From Nitrospirota bacterium (GTDB lineage Bacteria > Nitrospirota > UBA9217), in assembly GCA_963754875.1 (NCBI GenBank), contig CAVWHO010000016.1, forward strand, positions 288,001 through 352,000: 64,000 bases of DNA, read 5' to 3'. The notes beneath the pieces are model-generated. The model made no database searches and had not been told where the DNA came from. It saw nothing but the letters and a program-made list of their open reading frames with translations. The position numbers and the translations under genes were made by a program. Shown piece by piece: positions 29,823-39,226 of the stretch. How positions within the stretch are numbered: the first letter of the stretch is position 1; the number at the start of each line of letters is the position of its first letter.

Positions 29823-30143
29823 TTATAGTTGCGTAAAAAATTCCTGATACTCTGAACCGCTTACCATCACGTAGAATACATTCACCGACCTGCTGATTCG
29901 CCTGATAGGTAACAATCCGTCATTTCGCTTTACCTGACCGGTAAAACTATAAATTTTGCCGCCATTCTTGGCCGTAATCTTCATCCGCTCTCCTACCATA
30001 AGTTTAAGTGTTGTTCCGCCTAAACGAAGTCCCTGGGGAGAAAAATCTAATGTATAGATCTGACTATCCGAATCGTTGATCGTGATTTGAAACTCACGGG
30101 CCGGTCGATTTCTGGAACGCCTGTTAGGACCGTAAATCGTCAT
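29823..30143 (-). CDS. Stand-alone PilZ domain protein
   Basis: RxxxR (RSRNR) and DxSxxG (DFSPQG); SD AGGAG. Confidence 0.75.
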   Translation of the reverse strand: MTIYGPNRRSRNRPAREFQITINDSDSQIYTLDFSPQGLRLGGTTLKLMVGERMKITAKNGGKIYSFTGQVKRNDGLLPIRRISRSVNVFYVMVSGSEYQEFFTQL

Positions 30144-30349
30144 ACTGATCTCCTGATAGGTTAGGGAAATTTCCATTAAAGAGCCTCACTAGTGGAGCCT
30201 GCTCTTGCGAAAATGCGGCCATGAATGAGTGCAGGGCTTGGTATTCGACGCATTCCCCCGGCAAGGAGCCGGCGGATTACAAGTCGCGGGATTCAACAAA
30301 CAACATGATTACATAATTTGTTCATTAATAAGGTATGTCTTATGAATAG

Positions 30350-30415
30350 AGCTTAACAACAATTTTTTGTAAAGTCAATAAATTTATGTAATTTGGGCGG
30401 GGTATTTTCAGGGTA
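30350..30415 (-). promoter_or_regulatory. sigma70 promoter with upstream TACCC-N6-TACCC motif (copy 2)
   Basis: TACCCTGAAAATACCC-21-TTGACT-17-TAAGCT. Confidence 0.6.
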
Positions 30416-30631
30416 TATGTTCCAAATTTAAACGCTGGACAATAGTTTCGAAAGATTTGAATAACGATCAGGTAAAAAGAACCGCCAAAACAGCGAGAAG
30501 GGCCTGGCCAATCTTCCTCATCTGTCCAGGCTAAACATTATTTGTAAGCCAAGAAAAGGCTAGAATAAATAGCAATATTAATGATATTGCATTGTCTCCT
30601 ACTCGCGGCCCTCAGGTCTGAGCAAACATAC

Positions 30632-31012
30632 TCACTGGTTGGTTGTGTGGCTCATGCTGTCCATGGCCCGGACGCCCATTTCAGTCTTGGCCCTATCTTT
30701 CACTTCGACGAGCTGTAGTTGCGCCACATTACTGATCACTCTCCCCATCACGACCGCTGCTTTAACAATGAGAGTGAGATCGTCTGTGCCACCCAGCAGC
30801 TTATGAAAGGGTCAGCGTCCTGCACTGCCAAAGTTATTGGTTCATCCACGAGAGATGAAGTAAGCTAAACCAGTTAACATGAGTTCAACTATTACGATCG
30901 GCGTGACAGCGCGAGCCAAAGAGAACCCCGGCATCATTACGAACACGAGGAACACTAACCCTCCAATTGTTGCGCCTATCTTCACTCCCGTTACTATCGA
31001 CTCGTTCTTCAT
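30632..31012 (-). pseudogene. Disrupted small membrane protein gene (ORF 30842..31012 plus downstream remnant)
   Basis: KIGATIGGLVFLVF..PGF, then after the stop NFGSAG/TL/HKLLGG..LTLIVKAAVVMG. Confidence 0.45.
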
Positions 31013-31412
31013 GATTTTTTCTTCTTGTATTTGAATTTTTTTATTCATTTTATGGCTCTTTTGTTATTTTGCTGCAGCCATCGATGTCTTTTCTGACTTT
31101 TGCCAACCCTCAGCACTCTGGCGACGAGCCAGCCCATTGTGGCAGTGGCAATTACGATCGTGTAACATTGTCCGCATATTCGGAAAACAGACTTCCAAAA
31201 GCCATTATTTCCGAGCCACGGTGAGGAATATAGTGTCTATTTTAGCAAATTACCATGCAACCTTGTGTTTACTGACGGCATGCTATACTGTGTTCATGGA
31301 CTAACCGTACTGGCGTTCAAAGAAAATCTGCTGTTTGCGAAGAATGGGGAAATTAGTAAATGACCGTAAGGATCAGGATCTCCCTAAACCCAATGCCGCA
31401 CACGAAAAAGTG

Positions 31413-32660
31413 ATGAATAGGATAAAGATAGCCTTCTTCGTGGCCAGCACAATGTTAGTATTCCTCCTGATGACCGCGCCTGTTCTTGCACAGGGGTCAA
31501 TTGATGCGGAGAGCCGGCTGAGGCACGGCATATCGCTGTTCGCGCGTGGCAGAATTGATGATGCCATAGAGGAATTTCAGAAAATCATTACGGTAAGGCC
31601 GGAATATGTACCGGCATACGTGAATCTCGGTTCTGCTTATCGTCAGAAAGGCCAATTCGAGAAGGCTCTTGCAGTCCTCGGGAAAGCGAAAGAAGTCGAT
31701 CCGAAAAACGCTGTGGTACACTCCCAGGTCGGAGCCGTCTATTTAGACCTTGGGAAATTTGATGATGCCGCAAAAGCATACGGGACCGCGATAGAAATCG
31801 ACCCTGCCGACGCAGACGCCCTCGCAAATCTGGGTCTCGCCCTCGCCCAAGACGGAAAAATCCAAGGCGCATTACCCTATTTCAAGAAGTCCCTTTACCT
31901 CAATCCCAACTCCCCTTCGACGAGAAAAAGTCTTGGATACGCCTATTCGCTCGTGAAGAACTGGCATGCAGCGATTGACGAACTTTTACGTGCACGAGCC
32001 CTCGACGCGGCGGATCCCGGTGTGGAAAAGACGCTGTCTGCAATATTACGAAAGGCGCTTAACGACCTGGATGCGGCGAGGCGTGACGATCCGAAGGACC
32101 CCCGTGCTCATTATTATTATGCCTACGCCGCAGCCGCAAAAGGAAATTGGCAGGAGGCGCTCGACGAAATTGATAAAGGAATCGAGTTGAATGGCCTGGA
32201 CAGCACTTTTCTGAAAGCAAAAGGATTGTTTTCTCTAGAGCTAGGAAAGTTGAAGCAGGCTGAAGCAGCGTACCACGCGTGCATTGAAAAAGACGCTTCA
32301 GACTGGGACTGCTATAAGTCCTTGGCCGTGGTTTATATAAGAATGGGCAAGCCGGAACAGGGGCTTGAGGCCGCGCTCCGGGCGGCTGAATTAAACCCAG
32401 ACGCTATTGGCGTTCAGGCCGTTCTCGGAATCGCCTATGCAAAAAACAATGCGCAAGAAAAGGCTCTTGCCGCGTTTCAACGGGCAGTCTCGCTAGGCGG
32501 ATCAAATCCGCTCCTCTATTTTGACTTGGCGGTAACAAACTTTGTGCTGAGAGAATACGACGCCTCCTGGGAATATGCTCGGAGAGCGGAATATCTCGGC
32601 TACCCTAAGGGGAGTCCCCTTATCAAAATGCTCAAGGATGTGTCTCAAGAACCTAATTGA
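31413..32660 (+). CDS. Secreted tetratricopeptide repeat protein
   Basis: Signal peptide and many TPR repeats (AYVNLG..A...DP). Confidence 0.88.
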   Translation: MNRIKIAFFVASTMLVFLLMTAPVLAQGSIDAESRLRHGISLFARGRIDDAIEEFQKIITVRPEYVPAYVNLGSAYRQKGQFEKALAVLGKAKEVDPKNAVVHSQVGAVYLDLGKFDDAAKAYGTAIEIDPADADALANLGLALAQDGKIQGALPYFKKSLYLNPNSPSTRKSLGYAYSLVKNWHAAIDELLRARALDAADPGVEKTLSAILRKALNDLDAARRDDPKDPRAHYYYAYAAAAKGNWQEALDEIDKGIELNGLDSTFLKAKGLFSLELGKLKQAEAAYHACIEKDASDWDCYKSLAVVYIRMGKPEQGLEAALRAAELNPDAIGVQAVLGIAYAKNNAQEKALAAFQRAVSLGGSNPLLYFDLAVTNFVLREYDASWEYARRAEYLGYPKGSPLIKMLKDVSQEPN

Positions 32661-32785
32661 CGCTGATGGCTCGGCCGTATTTATTTGGGGGTATTTTAGT
32701 GCGTTAATGAAGGCAGAGCAGGTGAACTTAGTCGGATAGAGAGTTTGAGCTGGTACGCAGAGGCACTGATGGAATAGGAGTGACA

Positions 32786-33040
32786 ATGTGGAAAAGGCTA
32801 AGTATAGAATTTAAATATTTCTTATTGATTCTCCTCGTAATGTGTGTTTTGGCGGGGGCTGTATATCTCACAAAATACGGGAATCCCTTTATAGGGATTC
32901 CGTTGTTGCTACTATTTGTTTTCCTGATATTTGGCGGTTGGCATTGGATAAAAGATGATAAAAAGAATGCGCTATTATATCTAGCTATATTATTGGTTAT
33001 TTACTTAATTATTATTTATGCTGCAATCCGAAATAGTTGA
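32786..33040 (+). CDS. Small AT-rich 3-TM protein
   Basis: SD AGGAG; three hydrophobic segments. Confidence 0.55.
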   Translation: MWKRLSIEFKYFLLILLVMCVLAGAVYLTKYGNPFIGIPLLLLFVFLIFGGWHWIKDDKKNALLYLAILLVIYLIIIYAAIRNS

Positions 33041-33095
33041 AAAAAATGGAATTACGACTTAAAGCAATAACAAAAATCCCACAGGAGGATGGAAA

Positions 33096-34025
33096 ATGCC
33101 GCAACGATCAATTTTAGTTGCTGACGACATTGAAAATCTGACAGACTCCGGCAAGAGACGTTCGCAAGCAATACGGAACGCTGCCATTTTTTTAGCCCAG
33201 CGGCTTAAAACAGGCATCAATTTACTTTATGTGGAAGATCTAAAAACTTATCCATCCAGTAAACTCAGTTTATTCCGTTACAAGGCATGGCACACAACGC
33301 ATCAGGAAAGACTCGAAAAAATAGGCAGGCAATATACCATACCGGTTTCATCTTCCATAATGAGCGGTTCTCCGGCTGAACAGATCCTGAAGGTATTACG
33401 CTCCAGGCCATCACCTGAGCTTGTCGTTGTGGGAACGCAAGGACGGAAAGGTGTGAAGCGTTTGTTCATAGGTAGTGTTGCGGAAGAAGTGGTCCGTCAC
33501 TCCAAGCGACCTGTGATGGTGATCGGACCAATAGCCCAGGAAGTGGGCCGGGATATTTCCGGCCAAAAGCAGCTAAAAATACTCGTGCCGACTGATCTCG
33601 GAAAAAACAGCCGGGCAGCCGAGCACTATGCACTTTCATTAGCAAAACGCATTGGTGCGAGAGTAAGCCTGTTTCATTGTCTGTGGGACAGTATCAATGC
33701 CATTATAGTCAATACTGGAGCCTCGGAAATGGCCGCCTACAATCTGGATGCGATTTTCGACGAGTCTCGGTATTATGCGGTCAAATCTATGAAACGGAAG
33801 GCTGGCTTCTTTCAGGAGCGCGGCGTGCCGTGTGAATACAAGGTCGAAGAGAAGAAGATCGTTTCCCAGTGCGCGGTGTATCAGGAGGTCGAAAGCGGCT
33901 ATTCATTCGTAGTCATGGGAACTCATGGAAGAAATGTGGCGCTCAATGCCTTTTTCGGAAGCACGGCCCGGGAAACGATCTTGAACGCGGCAATTCCGGT
34001 GATTGTCGTTCACTCCGGAAGATAG
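33096..34025 (+). CDS. Tandem-domain universal stress protein
   Basis: Two G-x2-G...GS motifs (GTQGR..GSVAE; GTHGR..GSTAR). Confidence 0.9.
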   Translation: MPQRSILVADDIENLTDSGKRRSQAIRNAAIFLAQRLKTGINLLYVEDLKTYPSSKLSLFRYKAWHTTHQERLEKIGRQYTIPVSSSIMSGSPAEQILKVLRSRPSPELVVVGTQGRKGVKRLFIGSVAEEVVRHSKRPVMVIGPIAQEVGRDISGQKQLKILVPTDLGKNSRAAEHYALSLAKRIGARVSLFHCLWDSINAIIVNTGASEMAAYNLDAIFDESRYYAVKSMKRKAGFFQERGVPCEYKVEEKKIVSQCAVYQEVESGYSFVVMGTHGRNVALNAFFGSTARETILNAAIPVIVVHSGR

Positions 34026-34068
34026 GTTTTCCGGATCTTAAAGATTCAGAAAACGGGGTAAAAGAAAA

Positions 34069-34905
34069 ATGAAAGATCAGCATCGAGACGATAAAACGGA
34101 CTTCACAAGCGACCTCGCCATTCAGACGATGAACCTGACTCGAAAGTTCGGCCAACAAACAGCAGTCGATGGGGTCAATCTCCAGGTCAAGTACGGCCAA
34201 ATCTACGGTCTCCTCGGTCCGAACGGCGCCGGCAAAAGCACGACGATTAAAATGCTCACGACTATCCTTGATCCGACTTCCGGAGAGGCAACCATAGCCG
34301 GCTTTAATATTGTCACTCAGCCCGCTCAGGTACGGAGGCGGATCGGGTATGTTCCGCAAATGCTTTCCGCAGATGGCGCATTGACAGGACGTGAGAATTT
34401 AGTGCTCTCAGCCAAACTCTATCGAATGCCGAGATCAGAGAGAGCTGACCGCATCGACGAAGCTTTGAAGTTTATGGGACTCGAAGACTCGGCAAGCAAG
34501 CTCGTCAAGACGTATTCGGGTGGGATGATTAGAAGACTGGAACTTGCACAGGCGATGATCCACCATCCCACGGTCCTCTTTCTTGATGAGCCGACTATTG
34601 GGCTCGACCCGGTGGCGAAGCGGATTGTATGGGACCGGTTGCTGGATCTAAGACAGGATTACAACATGACGGTCCTCATCACGACGCACGATATGGAAGA
34701 GGCGGACCATCTCTGCGATGAGCTTGCTATTTTGCATGAAGGAATAATTGCCATCACCGGCCGACCGAACGATTTAAAAACAGCGATCAGCCCCACGGCC
34801 ACACTGGATGATGTTTTTGCTCAGTGCTGCGGGGTCCTGATCACAGAAGGAGGAAACTATCGTGACGTCCGGCAAACACGAAGTACGGTCACTCGACTCG
34901 GCTGA
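34069..34905 (+). CDS. ABC exporter ATP-binding protein (DrrA-like)
   Basis: GPNGAGKST, YSGGM, LDEPT, THDMEEA. Confidence 0.93.
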   Translation: MKDQHRDDKTDFTSDLAIQTMNLTRKFGQQTAVDGVNLQVKYGQIYGLLGPNGAGKSTTIKMLTTILDPTSGEATIAGFNIVTQPAQVRRRIGYVPQMLSADGALTGRENLVLSAKLYRMPRSERADRIDEALKFMGLEDSASKLVKTYSGGMIRRLELAQAMIHHPTVLFLDEPTIGLDPVAKRIVWDRLLDLRQDYNMTVLITTHDMEEADHLCDELAILHEGIIAITGRPNDLKTAISPTATLDDVFAQCCGVLITEGGNYRDVRQTRSTVTRLG

Positions 34906-35686
34906 CACCTTTTCCCTTGCCGACTTCATAGGACAGAGCATTGCGATAGGAGAATCCGAGCTGAAGAAGCTCCTCCGCGATCCTACCGAACTTTTTTCTC
35001 GCGCTGTCCAGCCAATCCTCTGGCTGGTGATTTTCGGCCAGGTTTTCAGCCGGGTCCGGGGCATACCCACCGGCAACATCAGTTACCTGGCCTTTATGTG
35101 CCCCGGCATTTTGGCGCAAAGCGTACTGTTCAGCGCGATCTTTTACGGGATTGCGGTCATTTGGGAGCGGGACCTGGGGATCGTTCATAAACTTCTGGTG
35201 AGTCCGGCCTATCGGGGCGCTCTGGTATTTGGAAAGGCAATTTCCGCCGGATTCCGAGGGTTGATCCAGACGCTTATCATCTACGTTGTCGCTTTCATCA
35301 TGCGGATCGAGATCAGCTTGAGCCCGCATACAATCCTGGGCGTGCTTTTGGCCGTTATGCTCGGATCGGCGATCTTTTCGACTTTTTCTCTCATTATCGC
35401 CTGTATCGTGAAGACACGGGAACGCTTCATGGGAATAGGTCAAGTGCTCACCATGCCCCTTTTTTTTGCAAGCAACGCCATTTACCCGCTCGAACTCATG
35501 CCAGGATGGTTACTGGTGTTTGCGAGGATTAACCCTCTCACCTATTTGGTGGATATATTACGAGGACTCATGATTCAGGGCGGTCACAGCGTGTACGGGT
35601 TCGCGTTCGATTTTGGCGTTCTCGGACTGATCTATGTAGTCTTAGTAGCTATCGCGTCGAAGCTTTATCCCACTTTAATTCAATGA
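34862..35686 (+). CDS. ABC-2 type permease (DrrB-like)
   Basis: PGILAQ, WERDLG, NPLTY; 6 TM. Confidence 0.9.
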   Translation: MTSGKHEVRSLDSADTFSLADFIGQSIAIGESELKKLLRDPTELFSRAVQPILWLVIFGQVFSRVRGIPTGNISYLAFMCPGILAQSVLFSAIFYGIAVIWERDLGIVHKLLVSPAYRGALVFGKAISAGFRGLIQTLIIYVVAFIMRIEISLSPHTILGVLLAVMLGSAIFSTFSLIIACIVKTRERFMGIGQVLTMPLFFASNAIYPLELMPGWLLVFARINPLTYLVDILRGLMIQGGHSVYGFAFDFGVLGLIYVVLVAIASKLYPTLIQ

Positions 35687-35948
35687 GGCTCGTCTCTTCG
35701 GGAAAGTTCGACAGCAATCTCTGCTATTTCATCAGAAACTTGTAAAGCAGTCATACACCTTGACGTGGAAGGACAAACGCCATGCTTTGTCCTTTCTCAA
35801 CTGGTTATGTTGTCTCGCTCCTGACTTGACTAACCATTGTCGGATCCTTAGAATCGAAATTATTATAACATGAATTTCAAATAAGACGGTTATGCCTTTT
35901 TGTCCGACTCTCTCTTTGCAGCATCGATGTTTGTGCGGAGGGCCTGTT

Positions 35949-36000
35949 TTATAACGGCGGGGCAGGAGACCAGTTTACATCCCGCGCCTGATTGTTGAAT
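35949..36000 (-). mobile_element. Degenerate attC-like site directly after the DUF2950 stop codon
   Basis: ATTCAAC-5-GGCGCGGGA...TCCTGCC-5-GTTATAA. Confidence 0.4.
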
Positions 36001-36978
36001 TCAAGGAAAAACAGTTTCTGTTTGTTCCACCTTTTTCCATGTTTTATCAGGGTCATACTCTGTAATAGCCTTTGCTATCTCTTCTGTCTTGGGCCCAAGG
36101 TTTTTTTCGTATACAACACCCTGTTGGTTTACCATGAAGGTCATAATTCCCGAAACGCCGTACTGTGCAGGGTATGCCACCAGGCCAAAACCTTTTACCA
36201 TTTTGCCGTTGACTACGTAATCGAGTTCACCACCGGGAGCATTGCTGCCCTGACTTTTCAGGATCTTGTAATAATACCCGTGGTAAGGTGAGGGCTTTTC
36301 TCCTTTCCTAAATGTGTATCCTTCTTCCGTTGCACGGGCAATTAGTGGCCCCAGAGGGCTACTTTTTTCTCCGGATGCAGCTTCCCAGTAGAGACCATCC
36401 TTCTTCTCCTTCTGGCTCAGAAAGTGTTGCGCGTATTGTAATACTGCGTCGCCATTGCGGTCCTTGCTGGCATACTCACGCTGGGCATCCACATAAGCGA
36501 GAGAAACCTGAATGGTATTCAATTCGTTTTTGCCTATTCTCCGATTTATAATCTCTTCCTTGCCATCTTCTGTAGAAAAAGTCCATCCCTGTCCTGACTT
36601 CACAATGGGGATGGGGAAGCACCATTCGTCTTTTCCGATGAGTACTAATTGTGTCTCGTCGTCATATTTTGAAAACTTAACTCCTTCTGCCGCAGCCATA
36701 GAGAAATGTTCACGGGCCTGCGTATCGGCAACAACATCGCCAGAGGATATGACATCCTTACTCTCTGGCCCGAAGACGGCCAGTAATCCTTTGGTGTCAT
36801 TGTTCTTGGCAGCCTCCAAGAGTGCATTGAATGCATCTTGTGGAGACTTGAACTCTCTTTGCCTTATATCCTGAGCAGAGGCGAGAATACCAAAAGTCGT
36901 TACTACGATTAAGACTATGAAAGCTGCTACATCACGGCAAAAGAGACGGTTTTTGGGTTTTGCTACACTCCTAAGCAT
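36001..36978 (-). CDS. DUF2950 family protein
   Basis: W.FPIPIVK, RRIGKNE, DGLYW, PYHGYYYKIL, YGVSGIMTF. Confidence 0.88.
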   Translation of the reverse strand: MLRSVAKPKNRLFCRDVAAFIVLIVVTTFGILASAQDIRQREFKSPQDAFNALLEAAKNNDTKGLLAVFGPESKDVISSGDVVADTQAREHFSMAAAEGVKFSKYDDETQLVLIGKDEWCFPIPIVKSGQGWTFSTEDGKEEIINRRIGKNELNTIQVSLAYVDAQREYASKDRNGDAVLQYAQHFLSQKEKKDGLYWEAASGEKSSPLGPLIARATEEGYTFRKGEKPSPYHGYYYKILKSQGSNAPGGELDYVVNGKMVKGFGLVAYPAQYGVSGIMTFMVNQQGVVYEKNLGPKTEEIAKAITEYDPDKTWKKVEQTETVFP

Positions 36979-37069
36979 TGTTCCTTCCTCCATAAATCGG
37001 GCCCCTGATAATTCTCATTTATAGTTACATCCGAAAGATGCCGGCGGGACGCCGAGACGCTACCTAGTC

Positions 37070-38131
37070 TCACCTGGAACGCCCGCTACCATGGTATCCT
37101 CCACCACCGCCACCACCACGGGGAACTCGCCCACTGCCACCGCGGACAACTCCCCCACGGGTGGAGCCTCTAGCGGGGATTTGACCGGCCCTGGAGCGGC
37201 TTTGGAATCCACGATCGCTCGCGGCCCGCTCAAACCGGCTGTTAGGGGAGCGCTCAAAGACACTTGAGCGAGTTGCAGCAGAAGGTCTTGATATACCGTA
37301 GCCCCGGGATTGTCTATATGCTTCTGGCCTGTTAAGAATTCCCTGTGCACCTCTCTGCGCAGAAGGACTGGTCCTTCGCGTTCTTCCCGTTTCCGCGAAA
37401 GTTCCACCACGAACTCTGTTTGTGGGATCTATGCGCGATATCCTGCCAGTCCTGCGATCGCGAAAATGATTGCTGATGAATTCTCCTCCGTGCCAGCGCT
37501 CATGCTCATGCCTATGCACTCTCATGTCAAAGTCAACGAGAACAAAGAACCCCGGGTACCAGAAATCCCACCACCAAAATGGATAAGGCACCCACGTATA
37601 AAGGTATGCATAATCAGGAGGCGGAGCGTAGTACGTTACAGGGGGGGCGCCTTCATTAGAGTAATAGTTGTTTATAACTGTGGATTCAGGGGAGTTCATG
37701 GGGGCGGGCGTCTCACCCGACCTCTGGCCCTCGGCAGCCCTGACAGGCATATTATATCCCTTTATTACCTCCCCGAATGCCGCCATTGCCGCATCTTTTC
37801 CCATGGATAATTTGCCGGAATCAGCAGTCGTACTAATTGAATCCTGTACCTCTCCTATAATGTCCGGCGTAACCGGGTAATCGGCGATCCATCCGTTCCG
37901 GGGTGTAATGCCGACAGAACTCAATGCACTCTCCGCCTCGGCTTCACTCGTCGCCGTGCCAAGTTTAAGTGCTTCCGCGAGATCTGCCGCAAAATCTCCT
38001 TCACGGATAAGGGGCTGTGCTATAGGCGGGTTTGCGGCTGTCGTCTGCTCTGATTGTGCAGTCGCCACCGCAGGGATAAATAAAAAAACACCAACGATGA
38101 TAATAAATGCTCTGAACAATGAACTCTTCAT
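37070..38131 (-). CDS. Secreted protein with aromatic/Pro segment and Arg/Gly-rich tail
   Basis: Signal peptide; YYAPPPDY..WVPYPFWW; RGG-rich C-terminus. Confidence 0.7.
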   Translation of the reverse strand: MKSSLFRAFIIIVGVFLFIPAVATAQSEQTTAANPPIAQPLIREGDFAADLAEALKLGTATSEAEAESALSSVGITPRNGWIADYPVTPDIIGEVQDSISTTADSGKLSMGKDAAMAAFGEVIKGYNMPVRAAEGQRSGETPAPMNSPESTVINNYYSNEGAPPVTYYAPPPDYAYLYTWVPYPFWWWDFWYPGFFVLVDFDMRVHRHEHERWHGGEFISNHFRDRRTGRISRIDPTNRVRGGTFAETGRTRRTSPSAQRGAQGILNRPEAYRQSRGYGISRPSAATRSSVFERSPNSRFERAASDRGFQSRSRAGQIPARGSTRGGVVRGGSGRVPRGGGGGGGYHGSGRSR

Positions 38132-38499
38132 ACCCATTCTCCTTCGCCTGCTGAACCACCTATATTCTATCAAATAAAACGTCACCTGCGATAATTACAT
38201 ACAGCAGTTTTCCTTTGGAGTAGAAGTAAGTCTTTTTAGGTAACAACGGGAGTATGTGAACTTTCGTAAAGTGAGTCTGAGAAGCAACAGCTATTTTTGC
38301 AGTCTGCAACGTGTTGTACTTTATAAATCCTATTTTTACAGTCACATGTCAATGTGCTTGGATGTTACCTTAGTACACGGGAGGATATCCAGGCACGAAA
38401 AAGTAATCTCTGGAAATATGCTATCATTAAAAAAGTTTTATGATGGCGGGTATAAATAAGTTGCAATGTATTTTAATTCACGCATAAAAGGAGACGAAT

Positions 38500-38823
38500 A
38501 TGGCAGCGTTAGAGGTCGTCAAGAGCATGAAGGGGTCCCTTACCAGACGTCCAACTATGAACACAAAGCATGAGGTTGAGTTTTCATTTGCTGCTCCAAA
38601 AGCCAAGAAAGTCTGCATCGCGGGGAATTTCAATGATTGGAATATGACATCGATGCCAATGAAAAAAAGCGCCGACGGTACCTGGAAAATAAAGCTTAAG
38701 TTTTCACCGGGGAAGTACGAGTATAAGTATGTGGCGGACGGGATGTGGGTTCAGGACATGTCGTGCTCCGAGACAGTGCTGAATCCTTACGGCACATGTA
38801 ATAACGTCATTGGCATCGAGTAA
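38500..38823 (+). CDS. Stand-alone glycogen-binding (CBM48/AMPK-beta-like) domain protein
   Basis: AGNFNDW, GKYEYKYVADG.W, NPYG..NNV. Confidence 0.88.
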   Translation: MAALEVVKSMKGSLTRRPTMNTKHEVEFSFAAPKAKKVCIAGNFNDWNMTSMPMKKSADGTWKIKLKFSPGKYEYKYVADGMWVQDMSCSETVLNPYGTCNNVIGIE

Positions 38824-38869
38824 AAAAGCAGGGGGGAGTTAAATTCTTCGTGAGGAACGCGACAAGTTC

Positions 38870-39226
38870 ATGTTAATCAGCGACCACCATTCCAAAACTC
38901 AATGGCTCTTTACAGACAAGCCCAGTACGGCGGTTTATACAGCTCGGGATATCATCGAGCTCTGGAACCCAATTTTGTTCGTTACCCATGACCCAGACGA
39001 TGGGTCATGGCATTTTTTCTCGGGTCCAACTGTTCCAGACACTGATGCTAGGATCGTTGCTCTTGATGAAATCATCTACGGTGATCCGAGCGTGATCGAG
39101 CTGGCTGATCTGCCGCGCGGATGGATTGCTGTTCGAGGGACCATTGAGACGCCTTGGCAACGGACAAATTTTTCCCACTACATCTTGCACACGATGTGCG
39201 CAAGTTCCTTGGAAAATGTCTCATAA
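38870..39226 (+). CDS. Hypothetical protein (DUF2185/Imm33-like)
   Basis: VTHDPDDGSWHF, DPSV..LADLP.GW; 3' end overlaps the convergent gene. Confidence 0.6.
   Translation: MLISDHHSKTQWLFTDKPSTAVYTARDIIELWNPILFVTHDPDDGSWHFFSGPTVPDTDARIVALDEIIYGDPSVIELADLPRGWIAVRGTIETPWQRTNFSHYILHTMCASSLENVS

Noticed and set aside
31075..31260. Cobalamin riboswitch (GCCACTG on minus strand)
   Set aside because: Other conserved B12-element boxes are absent.
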